Below, piece by piece: positions 50,250 to 59,059 of a DNA stretch of 64,000 bases. A model generated the notes under the pieces. The model saw only the letters and a program-made list of their open reading frames with translations. It was not told the DNA's origin and searched no databases. Numbering within the stretch: the first letter of the stretch is position 1; every line of letters begins with the position of its first letter. The stretch comes from Lachnospiraceae bacterium (GTDB lineage Bacteria > Bacillota > Clostridia > Lachnospirales > Lachnospiraceae), in contig JAEEMP010000045.1 in NCBI GenBank assembly GCA_016283275.1, positions 3,528-67,527 of the forward strand, read 5' to 3'. Made by a program: the position numbers and the translations under genes.

Positions 50250-52202
50250 TTATTCCTTAGCACCTTCCCAGGAATGTGTTTCCTTAAATTCTGTCTTGTT
50301 CTTGTACATTTCTCTGTCGGCCTCGACTATAAAACGCTCCATTGTGTATGTCTCGTCGGGTACATGTACCACATAGCCCGAACTTACCGACAATGGATAG
50401 GGTTTTTCACCCAATCCGTTAAATGCCTCTATTTCTTCAAGAACCCTTTTGTTGACTTCTTTTGCTCTTTTTGCTGCATTGTCCGATGAAAACGCATATG
50501 CAAACTCGTCGCCGCCGAAACGCGTACTTACTCCGATCCCTTCGGAAGCCTTTTTGATGATCTCTGCGATCTTGGCAAGCGCAAAATCTCCTTCGGAATG
50601 ACCGTACGTATCGTTTATGGATTTAAGCCAGTTCATATCAAACGAGATAACGGCCAGTTCCCGTTTGTCTCTTACCGCATCGTTAAATATAGGTTCCATA
50701 TGACGGTAAAAACCTTTACGGTTAAGCAACTTTGTGAGCTGATCCGTACTGTATAGATTCTGCTGGTCTATACGGTATTTGTGCATCTCAATTACGTTTC
50801 GAAGATTGCTCACGAACGAATAGAGCATAAAAAACTCAAAATCTTCGGGCTTAAAACCGGAAACGACATAACCCGCCGTACTGTTCTGAACATAAATGGG
50901 CATAAAACAAAGAACGAGATTTTTGTCCATGATATCATCAAAATGCGGTACGAGATCTGTCCTCTTTATGCGCTCTTTTGTGGCGTAATTGCTCCCGAAG
51001 AAATCCATGGGTATCATCATTTCATCGGTATAGTAGTGATGCTGCTCATAAAATCCTATAGGCTGAAGATTGGGCCAGATTTCCATATCTTCCGACAGAA
51101 AATCCGAATTTAATGCAAGCATAAAATCACCGCCAAAATAGCGATTGATAAAATAAACAAGCCTCTCCCATACTTCAGGAAGATTATCAAAATGCCCGAG
51201 CTCATATATCTTTGTGTACATGGCTTCGACATGACCGGTTATCGCTCTTTCGTGCTTGGCGGTATCAAAAAGTCTGGCGCTGATCTCTTTGACCTCATCA
51301 GCGGTAACAACGATCTTGCTGCATCCACAGGATTGTCCTGCTCTGAACGATCCTTCGATCATGTATTCGTTTCTGATCATCTTCCCGCCAAACAGATCCG
51401 AAAGGATCCTGCCTGCCGTTTCTGCAAGATTGCTGTTTGCAAAATGAGAAGTGCAAAGTCTCGGATAATGGAATTTCTCAAGATCCGCGCCGTCAAAGCC
51501 GGACACTATAACATCCTCCGGTACCCTTTTACCCGCTTCGACAAGCTTTTTTACCGCCTCCATAGCCATAAAGTCGTTGGCACAGATGATCGCATCTATT
51601 TCCTTACCCGATGCAAGGAACTTATCCATTACCTTTGCGGTGGGTTCTTCCCAGAAATCACCCCAGTCTATACGGTCGTCTTCGATCGGGATGTTGTTTT
51701 CTTTTAATACATTTATATATATCCTGAGTCTTTCATCCGAAAAGACATTGTTCTTCATACCGGCAATAAAGTTGATATGCTTTGCCTTGTGAAACTCGAC
51801 CACATGCCTTACAACTTCTTCGAACGCATCGTTAAAATTGCAGCGTATATTGATGCAGCCCTCGATCGGACGCACAAGTGTGATACAGGGGACTTCTGCA
51901 TCCAAAACTCTTTTTGCGATACGCTCGGCAACACCTTCACCCTTAAAAGAGATAGAGGAGATTACGACCGCATCGAATCTTTCGGGCTCCATAAGATTAA
52001 ATATCTGCTCCTCCGCCCTGTCAAAAAGATTGTCAAAATAGAAATCTTCCAAAGCGGAAAAAACAAACAGCCTGTAATTCAATCGTTCGCATACTTTATG
52101 AAAAAATGTAATATACTCGCTCTCGTCAACGTAGTTGAACTTTGCCGTACAAAGCGCGATCACTTTATACGGCTTTCCGTCAGAGTATTTCATACACTGC
52201 AA
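50250..52202 (-). CDS. Diguanylate cyclase with N-terminal LacI-type sugar-binding domain
   Basis: DAIICANDFMA, VPEDVIVSGFD (LacI effector fold, no HTH); DQLTKLLNR, INDTYGH, RFGGDEF, ADREMY. Confidence 0.88.
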   Translation of the reverse strand: MQCMKYSDGKPYKVIALCTAKFNYVDESEYITFFHKVCERLNYRLFVFSALEDFYFDNLFDRAEEQIFNLMEPERFDAVVISSISFKGEGVAERIAKRVLDAEVPCITLVRPIEGCINIRCNFNDAFEEVVRHVVEFHKAKHINFIAGMKNNVFSDERLRIYINVLKENNIPIEDDRIDWGDFWEEPTAKVMDKFLASGKEIDAIICANDFMAMEAVKKLVEAGKRVPEDVIVSGFDGADLEKFHYPRLCTSHFANSNLAETAGRILSDLFGGKMIRNEYMIEGSFRAGQSCGCSKIVVTADEVKEISARLFDTAKHERAITGHVEAMYTKIYELGHFDNLPEVWERLVYFINRYFGGDFMLALNSDFLSEDMEIWPNLQPIGFYEQHHYYTDEMMIPMDFFGSNYATKERIKRTDLVPHFDDIMDKNLVLCFMPIYVQNSTAGYVVSGFKPEDFEFFMLYSFVSNLRNVIEMHKYRIDQQNLYSTDQLTKLLNRKGFYRHMEPIFNDAVRDKRELAVISFDMNWLKSINDTYGHSEGDFALAKIAEIIKKASEGIGVSTRFGGDEFAYAFSSDNAAKRAKEVNKRVLEEIEAFNGLGEKPYPLSVSSGYVVHVPDETYTMERFIVEADREMYKNKTEFKETHSWEGAKE

Positions 52203-52352
52203 CCATCCTCCATCGCATAGTTAATATCATTTTATCACAGTTTTTTTGTCAAAAAAAGAGGCGCAACATTTCAAATAATGTTTATTGAATTATTCCGCAT
52301 GATTTAGTATATTGAATAGGCCACATTTATTCTTTTCACAAAGGAGTTTAAT

Positions 52353-53936
52353 ATGATCAAATATACCAATATGGATGAGCTTAAGGCTTTTAATGCACTT
52401 AAAGCGCTTAAGAACGAAGTTGTTCTTAAGGATGTAATGGCAGGCGAAAAGGGAGCCGAAAGAGTTGAAAAGTACAAGGTTTCAATGTCCGGCGGATTAC
52501 TGTTTAGCTATGCCGCAAAGCAGGTTGATGATAAAGTTATCGATACTCTCCAGGCTTTTGCCGATGAAGCTATGCTTACCGATAAGTATGCGGCTTTATA
52601 TAACGGAGAGATCGTCAATACAGGTGAAAGAAGACGTGTTCTTCACCAGCTTACCAGAGGTCAGCTCGGCGAAGATGTTGTTATAGACGGTGTAAATAAA
52701 AGAGAGTTCTATGTATCCCAGCAGAAGCGTATCGCAGAATTTGCCGATAAGGTTCACAGGGGTGAAATAGTAAACGAAAAGGGAGAGAAGTTCACAACAG
52801 CCGTTCAGATCGGTATCGGCGGTTCGGACTTGGGCCCGAGAGCCATGTACATCGCCCTTGAAAACTGGGCAAAGAAAAACGGCTGCTTTAAAATGGAAGC
52901 AAAATTCATAAGCAATGTCGATCCCGATGATGCCGCAGGCGTTCTTAACGGTATCGATGTGGCTCATTCGATCTTTATCCTTGTTTCGAAATCGGGTACA
53001 ACACTCGAAACCCTCACAAATGAATCCTTTGTTAAGGATGCTCTTAAAAAGAAAGAACTCGATCCTTCAAAGCATATGATCGCAGTTACAAGTGCTACAT
53101 CTCCTCTTGCGGGAAACAGCGATTATCTTGATGCTTTCTTTATGGATGATTTCATCGGAGGCCGATATTCCTCGACTTCTTCGGTGGGCGGAGCAATTCT
53201 TTCGCTCGCTTTCGGTCCCGATATCTTTGCTCGTTTCTTAAACGGTGCGGCAGAGGAAGATAAACTTTCCAAAAATACCGATATCCGCAAAAACCCCGCA
53301 ATGCTCGATGCTCTTATCGGGGTATATGAAAGAAACGTACTTGATATGGCCACGACTGCGGTACTTCCGTATTCACAGGCTTTAAGCCGTTTCCCCGCAC
53401 ACCTTCAGCAGCTTGATATGGAATCTAACGGTAAATCCGTAAACCGCGAAGGCAAACCTATCTCTTATAAGACAGGCCCCGTTATCTTCGGTGAGCCCGG
53501 TACGAACGGACAGCATTCGTTCTATCAGCTCCTTCATCAGGGAACCGATATCATTCCGCTCCAGTTTATCGGATTTAAAGACAGCCAGCTTGAGACCGAT
53601 GTCAATATCGAAGACAGTACAAGCCAGCAGAAACTTAAGGCAAACGTTGTTGCACAGATCGTTGCATTTGCACTCGGTATGGACAATGACAATCCCAACA
53701 AATACTTCGAAGGAAACCGTCCTTCAAGCATAATCGTGGGTGATAAGTTAACTCCCGAAGCACTCGGTGCCATTCTTGCACACTTTGAGAACAAGGTAAT
53801 GTTCCAGGGCTTTGCCTGGAACTTAAACAGCTTCGATCAGGAAGGTGTTCAGCTCGGAAAGGTTCTTGCCAAGAAGGTTCTTTCCGGCAATACATTCGGA
53901 GCTCTTAAGGCTTATTCCGATCTTTTGGGTATTTAA
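52353..53936 (+). CDS. pgi: Glucose-6-phosphate isomerase
   Basis: IGIGGSDLGP, VSKSGTTLET, IGGRYS, QQLDMESNGK, GTNGQHSFYQ, FDQEGVQLGK. Confidence 0.97.
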   Translation: MIKYTNMDELKAFNALKALKNEVVLKDVMAGEKGAERVEKYKVSMSGGLLFSYAAKQVDDKVIDTLQAFADEAMLTDKYAALYNGEIVNTGERRRVLHQLTRGQLGEDVVIDGVNKREFYVSQQKRIAEFADKVHRGEIVNEKGEKFTTAVQIGIGGSDLGPRAMYIALENWAKKNGCFKMEAKFISNVDPDDAAGVLNGIDVAHSIFILVSKSGTTLETLTNESFVKDALKKKELDPSKHMIAVTSATSPLAGNSDYLDAFFMDDFIGGRYSSTSSVGGAILSLAFGPDIFARFLNGAAEEDKLSKNTDIRKNPAMLDALIGVYERNVLDMATTAVLPYSQALSRFPAHLQQLDMESNGKSVNREGKPISYKTGPVIFGEPGTNGQHSFYQLLHQGTDIIPLQFIGFKDSQLETDVNIEDSTSQQKLKANVVAQIVAFALGMDNDNPNKYFEGNRPSSIIVGDKLTPEALGAILAHFENKVMFQGFAWNLNSFDQEGVQLGKVLAKKVLSGNTFGALKAYSDLLGI

Positions 53937-53951
53937 TATAAGGAGAATACT

Positions 53952-54200
53952 ATGCATTACACACCATCAGGTATCTGTGCAAAAGATATTGAGTTTGAAG
54001 TTGAAAACGATGTCATAAAGGGTGTAAAATTTGTGGGCGGCTGTGACGGCAACCACAAAGGCCTGAACGCTCTTATCATCGGTATGAACGTCGACGAAGC
54101 AATAAACAGGCTTAAAGGTATTACCTGCGGCCCCAGAAGCACATCCTGCCCGGACCAGCTCGCATGTGCTCTTGAAGCATATAAAAAACATACGGCCTAA
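53952..54200 (+). CDS. TIGR03905-type TSCPD domain protein
   Basis: GICA, GGCDGN, GITCGPRSTSCPDQ. Confidence 0.9.
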   Translation: MHYTPSGICAKDIEFEVENDVIKGVKFVGGCDGNHKGLNALIIGMNVDEAINRLKGITCGPRSTSCPDQLACALEAYKKHTA

Positions 54201-54210
54201 GGAAAAAGAA

Positions 54211-55278
54211 ATGTCAAAGAAAATTGTACTGACAGGTGGCGGTACGGCGGGACATGTTACACCAAACCTCGCTCTTATACCTGAACTAAAAAAAGCCGGT
54301 TACGATATTACCTACATCGGATCTTACAACGGCATTGAAAAAAGACTTATCGCGGATTTCAATATCCCGTATTTCGGAGTATCGACCGGAAAATTAAGAA
54401 GATACTTAGATCCCAAGAATTTCAGCGATCCCTTCCGTATCCTTAAAGGATACATGGAGTCAAAGAAGATCCTTAGAAAGGTAAGACCCGATATCATCTT
54501 TTCAAAGGGCGGATTTGTAAGTGTTCCCGTAGTGCGAGCCGCATCTAAGCTTAAGATACCCTGCATTATCCATGAGTCGGATATCACACCGGGTCTTGCC
54601 AATAAGCTCTGTATTCCGGTTGCCACGAAGGTATGCTGTAACTTCCCGGAGACCATGCAATATATCCCGGAAAGCAAGAGCGTTTTGACCGGTACCCCCA
54701 TACGTACCGAGCTTACCGAAGGAAGTCGTTCAAAAGCCATGCAGTTATGCGGCTTTTCGGATGATAAGCCTGTAGTGCTCATCATCGGCGGAAGCCAGGG
54801 AGCAGGCAGTATAAATAAGATAGTAAGATCCGTACTTCCCAAAATGCTTGAGGTATATCACGTGATCCATATCTGCGGTAAGGACAAGATGGATAACCTT
54901 CTGTTAAACCAGCCCGGTTACAAACAGTTTGAGTTTTTAAAGGAAGATTTAAAAGATGTGTTTGCATTAAGCGATATAGTGGTTTCCCGTGCCGGAGCCA
55001 ACTCGATATGTGAGCTTCTGGCATTAAGAAAGCCCAATCTTTTGATCCCGCTTCCTGCTACGACAAGCAGAGGCGACCAGCTTCTTAATGCTGCATCCTT
55101 TGAAAAACAGGGCTTTTCTGAGGTTCTTCGCGAAGAAGATCTTGACGAAAAGAGCTTCATGAAAGCTTTGGCCGATTTGTATCAGAACAGACAAAGTTAC
55201 ATCGATGCGATGAATAAATCCGATCAGATGCAGCCTACACTCACCATAATGAAACTCATTGAAGATTTTACAAAATAA
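54211..55278 (+). CDS. murG: Lipid I N-acetylglucosaminyltransferase MurG
   Basis: TGGGTAGHVTP, SKGGFVS, HESD, GGSQG, SRAGAN, DQLLNA. Confidence 0.96.
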   Translation: MSKKIVLTGGGTAGHVTPNLALIPELKKAGYDITYIGSYNGIEKRLIADFNIPYFGVSTGKLRRYLDPKNFSDPFRILKGYMESKKILRKVRPDIIFSKGGFVSVPVVRAASKLKIPCIIHESDITPGLANKLCIPVATKVCCNFPETMQYIPESKSVLTGTPIRTELTEGSRSKAMQLCGFSDDKPVVLIIGGSQGAGSINKIVRSVLPKMLEVYHVIHICGKDKMDNLLLNQPGYKQFEFLKEDLKDVFALSDIVVSRAGANSICELLALRKPNLLIPLPATTSRGDQLLNAASFEKQGFSEVLREEDLDEKSFMKALADLYQNRQSYIDAMNKSDQMQPTLTIMKLIEDFTK

Positions 55279-55327
55279 GCAGGTCGGTAGATGCGAGCGC
55301 ATCCCACCAAAGCATAAGCGCATAATT

Positions 55328-55362
55328 AAAAGGAGTCGCAACAAAAATGCGGCTCCTTTTTT
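55328..55362. terminator. Bidirectional terminator between murG and the Cys-tail gene
   Basis: AAAAGGAGTCGCA...TGCGGCTCCTTTTTT. Confidence 0.75.
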
Positions 55363-55371
55363 GATCCTGTC

Positions 55372-56661
55372 TTATTTCTTCTTTTTCTTCTTAAGGTCTA
55401 ACTGCTTAAGCTTAAGTCCCGTATTGTAGAAATCTTTTGTGGTACAGCCCGCTCTTCCGCCGCCGGCACACGCGCAGGCGCAGGCACATGCACAATGACT
55501 TGCACAGGCGCAGTGACTGTGTGCGCAGGAACTGTGAGATCTTGAAGAGGAACTGCTGCTTGAAGAACTCCTGGACGGTGTAGATCGCGGAACAGGGACG
55601 CTGATTACATTTACACGCATGTAGCTGTTCGAATCCGAACCGTATCTGTAAAGACCTGCCTTATTATATGCCGAAGGATTCGGAATATCTTTTTCTTCGA
55701 TAACTTCTTCACTCTCGATAAAGCTTCTTCCGCAGTAATCGCATTTTTCCTTGCCTTCCGGTCTTGAAGCACCGCAGCCCGGACATGTGGGATAATACTT
55801 GATAAGCGTTCTTTTAACCTGCTTTTTTGTCTGCGGAACGGATGAGTTAAGCCCTTTTCCGGCTTTGTAGATCAAAAATCCCACAACGACAAACGGACCG
55901 ATCGAAAACGCCAGGAAAAAGATTAGGGCGATGAGCCCTGCTATCAGGGTTCCGATCGTTTCGGCAATACTCTTTTTTGAGTTATTGTCGTAATGATAGT
56001 CATAATCATAGTCGTAATCATAGCTTGAGTTTTTATCGGTATCTGCGGTCTTACTCATATCAAAACCGAATGCATCGTTTGGATATGTAACACTGATCGT
56101 ATAAGTCTCATTGGCACCAAGATATGTGTTCCATACAAGGTAAGGGCCGTCAATAAGACAGTCGGGTGTCCAGCTCGTGGCTTTATCGGCTTCCCATTTG
56201 ATCGAAAGACTGTCTACATCAATTCCGTCAAACCATCCGGGCGTAAAAGAATAAACAGTCTCGCCCATGGTGAACTTATCCACCTGGTACATATAATCCT
56301 GGACAACTTTAAACTCAAAGCTTATGACTTCGCCTTCGTAATACTTATCGTCAAAATCGATCCTTATCGCACCATCCGACGATGAGTAGCTTATATCCGA
56401 AATATTGTCTGTAAGCGCATCGTAGCTTATATAATGCGAATTGGGTATGCCGACCGTTACCCATTCAACGGGGCCCAATGAATCCGACTCCAAAACCTTC
56501 CAGTCGATATGATATGTCATATCAAGAGTCGCATCGTCGTTGACCGATACCGTTATATCATAGTTTAAGATCTCATCGGTCGGAGCCGCATAAGCCTTAT
56601 TTGAAAAACCAAGAAAGGCCAAAAACAATATCGATAAAAGAAGGGTAATCTTATTTTTCAT
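55372..56661 (-). CDS. Exported membrane protein (DUF2207-like ectodomain) with zinc ribbon and Cys-Ala repeat tail
   Basis: Signal peptide ending AYA; ectodomain starting YDITVSVNDDATL; hydrophobic TM segment; CPGC...CDYC; Ser run; CAHSHCACASHCACACACACAGGGRAGC. AAGGAGG RBS lies inside the rSAM gene. Confidence 0.85.
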   Translation of the reverse strand: MKNKITLLLSILFLAFLGFSNKAYAAPTDEILNYDITVSVNDDATLDMTYHIDWKVLESDSLGPVEWVTVGIPNSHYISYDALTDNISDISYSSSDGAIRIDFDDKYYEGEVISFEFKVVQDYMYQVDKFTMGETVYSFTPGWFDGIDVDSLSIKWEADKATSWTPDCLIDGPYLVWNTYLGANETYTISVTYPNDAFGFDMSKTADTDKNSSYDYDYDYDYHYDNNSKKSIAETIGTLIAGLIALIFFLAFSIGPFVVVGFLIYKAGKGLNSSVPQTKKQVKRTLIKYYPTCPGCGASRPEGKEKCDYCGRSFIESEEVIEEKDIPNPSAYNKAGLYRYGSDSNSYMRVNVISVPVPRSTPSRSSSSSSSSSRSHSSCAHSHCACASHCACACACACAGGGRAGCTTKDFYNTGLKLKQLDLKKKKKK

Positions 56662-58024
56662 CTCTTTCCCTCCTTAAAGGGCACTCGCCCAGCATTTCGG
56701 CGGAATATTCACGCCTGTCTCTACACTTGTCACTATTCCAAACTTTGTCCCAGTCGTCGGTTAAGATATTGCCCATGACATCATCCGAAAGCCAACTCTG
56801 ACAGGGAACGATATTTCCCGAAGGGGTGATCGCCATATTGGAAAGGCAGGCTCCGCAGCTGGGTGTGGATAATCCGTGTTCGGGGAAGAACTCTTCTTCG
56901 ATCCAGCCGGGAGACGTAAAGCTTATCTCCATTCCGTTTGCGTATGCATATTCGGTAGCATCGGCAAGGATCTTTTTTATCTCTTCTTTTGAAAGCTGAA
57001 GATCCTCCGAAGCTTCAAGTGCCGCATTTCCCGTTGTTATAAGACCCGAGCATGTTACATACAGGACTCCGAGATCATGCAAAAACTCAAGGGTTTTTAC
57101 ATAGTCTCTGTTTGTCGTACAAAGAGGGGTGTTGATGCTTAAGTTAATGCCGGCCTCAAGTGCATTTTTGATGCCCGCAACGGTATTATCGTACATCGGA
57201 GCACCTACAAGTGTATTATGGATATCCTTATCGTACGAATAAAAAGTGATCTGAACACTGTCTATCTCAACTTCTCTTAATTTCTCACAGTATTCTTTCG
57301 TAAGCTTTATACCGTTTGTATTAAGTCTCGATACAAACCATCTTGCATGATCTATAAGTTCAAATAAATCTTCACGCATTGTGGGCTCTCCGCCGGTAAA
57401 AGTAACCTGCGGAATACCGACAGCTTTCAACTTATCAAGGATCTTTATCCAGTCTTCGGTCGATAATTCTTCTTCTTCGGCCTCGGCCTGACCCGCAGCA
57501 TAACAATGGAGACACTTTTGATTACAGTGCCAGTTGCCGTTTTTCTGCATGGAACTTACAAGAAGATCCATTCTGTGAGGCGCACGCATAAACGGAGCAT
57601 ATTCTCCGATATTCATATAGTCGATCTCTTCATCGGGTTCTTCACCGTAGGCGATCTTTTTAAAATTGTCCATGATCCTAAAGAGGTCACTTTTAAGGGT
57701 ACGCTTGGGGATGAACTTAAACACCTTTTTAACGTTTTTACAGGTGTTGTTAAGGATATTTGCAACATCTTCATCGGAAAGTTCTTTACCGCTGTATTTA
57801 TTGAGCTCTTTGATAAATTCCGCAAGAAGGATCGTCCATGAATAATTGACCGGTATTATATCCTGGCCGTTTATTATCGCAACACTTGAATAAATATCCT
57901 CTTCATCGTATCTTGGCGGGATCAGATGGATCCTCACCACTCCCGGACCTTCGGGGTTTAGGGTAGTATGCAGAACTTCCGTGAAGTTATCCCGCATATA
58001 AGCCCTGATCTTTGCTTTTGTCAT
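56651..58024 (-). CDS. Radical SAM enzyme with SPASM/twitch-type C-terminus and long N-terminal extension
   Basis: CNQKCLHC (57503-57526), TFTGGEP, LNTNG, VQITF; SCGAC...AITPSGNIVPC...GNIL...W..VWNS...C...CP. Confidence 0.92.
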   Translation of the reverse strand: MTKAKIRAYMRDNFTEVLHTTLNPEGPGVVRIHLIPPRYDEEDIYSSVAIINGQDIIPVNYSWTILLAEFIKELNKYSGKELSDEDVANILNNTCKNVKKVFKFIPKRTLKSDLFRIMDNFKKIAYGEEPDEEIDYMNIGEYAPFMRAPHRMDLLVSSMQKNGNWHCNQKCLHCYAAGQAEAEEEELSTEDWIKILDKLKAVGIPQVTFTGGEPTMREDLFELIDHARWFVSRLNTNGIKLTKEYCEKLREVEIDSVQITFYSYDKDIHNTLVGAPMYDNTVAGIKNALEAGINLSINTPLCTTNRDYVKTLEFLHDLGVLYVTCSGLITTGNAALEASEDLQLSKEEIKKILADATEYAYANGMEISFTSPGWIEEEFFPEHGLSTPSCGACLSNMAITPSGNIVPCQSWLSDDVMGNILTDDWDKVWNSDKCRDRREYSAEMLGECPLRRERDEK

Positions 58025-58026
58025 TC

Positions 58027-59046
58027 TTAGGCTTCCTCTCTTTTTATTCTTTCAAGTTCCTCCATAAATCCTTCGGCGAGTTCTTTTTCTCCGGCCTCGC
58101 CGTATACACGGATAAGGCCTTTAAGCGCTATCTCGCCGTGGGAACGGATATTTATGATGGGCTGTGTCTCATAACGGGCATTGTAAAACCACATTGCCGC
58201 TTCATTATAATCCTTCAAAACTTCAAAATATGCGCCGAGTATGCAGCACATCTCGCTTGAACCCTCACTTGCGATATCCTTAAGCGCATATTTAAGGATA
58301 AGATCGGTATTGCTGTCTATCAAAGCCGTTTCCGCAAGTACCACATATACTACCCTTAATGTCTGCTCCGAAACCTTTCCCTCATCGGCAACGGCTTTAA
58401 AGAAGTCAAACGCCTTGTCGAAATCTTCTTTTTTGCCCGCAAGGATAAGTTCTCTCGCATACATGTTTATCAGACGCTCGCTTAATGTGCCGTCCCGGAT
58501 GACCGCCTTTCGAAAGATCTCAAGGTCGCGTCCCGAATGGCTTTCCGCCTGCATATGGATGATATCTATATCACTGTCGTATACGACCGGCGATTCTCTT
58601 ACAACTTCATGAATGGGATCCACGAACACAAAAGAACGCTCACGCTTATAAAGCTTCGCACGAAGTTCTTTATCAAAGTTATAAACACTTCCGTTCGAAA
58701 GCTGATTAACGTAGCTCATCTGGACCACTTCGACTTCACCGTCCAAAGCTTTTTTAAGCGTTAAAAACTTTTCCCTGTTTTCATCGTCCAGAACTTCATC
58801 GGCATCTGCCATATATATGTAATCACATGTCGCTTTGCTCATTGCAAAATTGCGCGCCTTGGCAAAATCATCCACCCATTCAAAATCATATACCTTGTCG
58901 GTATATTTTAGGGCTATCTCCTTTGTTCTGTCCGTTGAACCCGTGTCCACTATTATCGCTTCATCATAAATGCCCTTAAGCGAATCAAGGCAGCGGGCCA
59001 ATATCTTTTCTTCGTTTTTGACTATCATGCAAAGGGAAATGGTCAT
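58027..59046 (-). CDS. GT2 glycosyltransferase with C-terminal TPR-like helices
   Basis: MTISLCMIVKNEE, IVDTGSTD, DDFAKARNF, ADADE, IHE. Confidence 0.9.
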   Translation of the reverse strand: MTISLCMIVKNEEKILARCLDSLKGIYDEAIIVDTGSTDRTKEIALKYTDKVYDFEWVDDFAKARNFAMSKATCDYIYMADADEVLDDENREKFLTLKKALDGEVEVVQMSYVNQLSNGSVYNFDKELRAKLYKRERSFVFVDPIHEVVRESPVVYDSDIDIIHMQAESHSGRDLEIFRKAVIRDGTLSERLINMYARELILAGKKEDFDKAFDFFKAVADEGKVSEQTLRVVYVVLAETALIDSNTDLILKYALKDIASEGSSEMCCILGAYFEVLKDYNEAAMWFYNARYETQPIINIRSHGEIALKGLIRVYGEAGEKELAEGFMEELERIKREEA

Positions 59047-59059
59047 GGGCTTCTCCTTT

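Noticed and set aside
53952-54200. Cys-rich small protein as a RiPP precursor
   Set aside because: Matches the known TSCPD (TIGR03905) family and lies in a different transcription unit from the rSAM.
58012-58260. Small ORFs near the rSAM as a free precursor peptide
   Set aside because: They are antisense overlaps of real genes, and intergenic gaps are too short for a separate precursor; the Cys-rich tail is the better substrate candidate.
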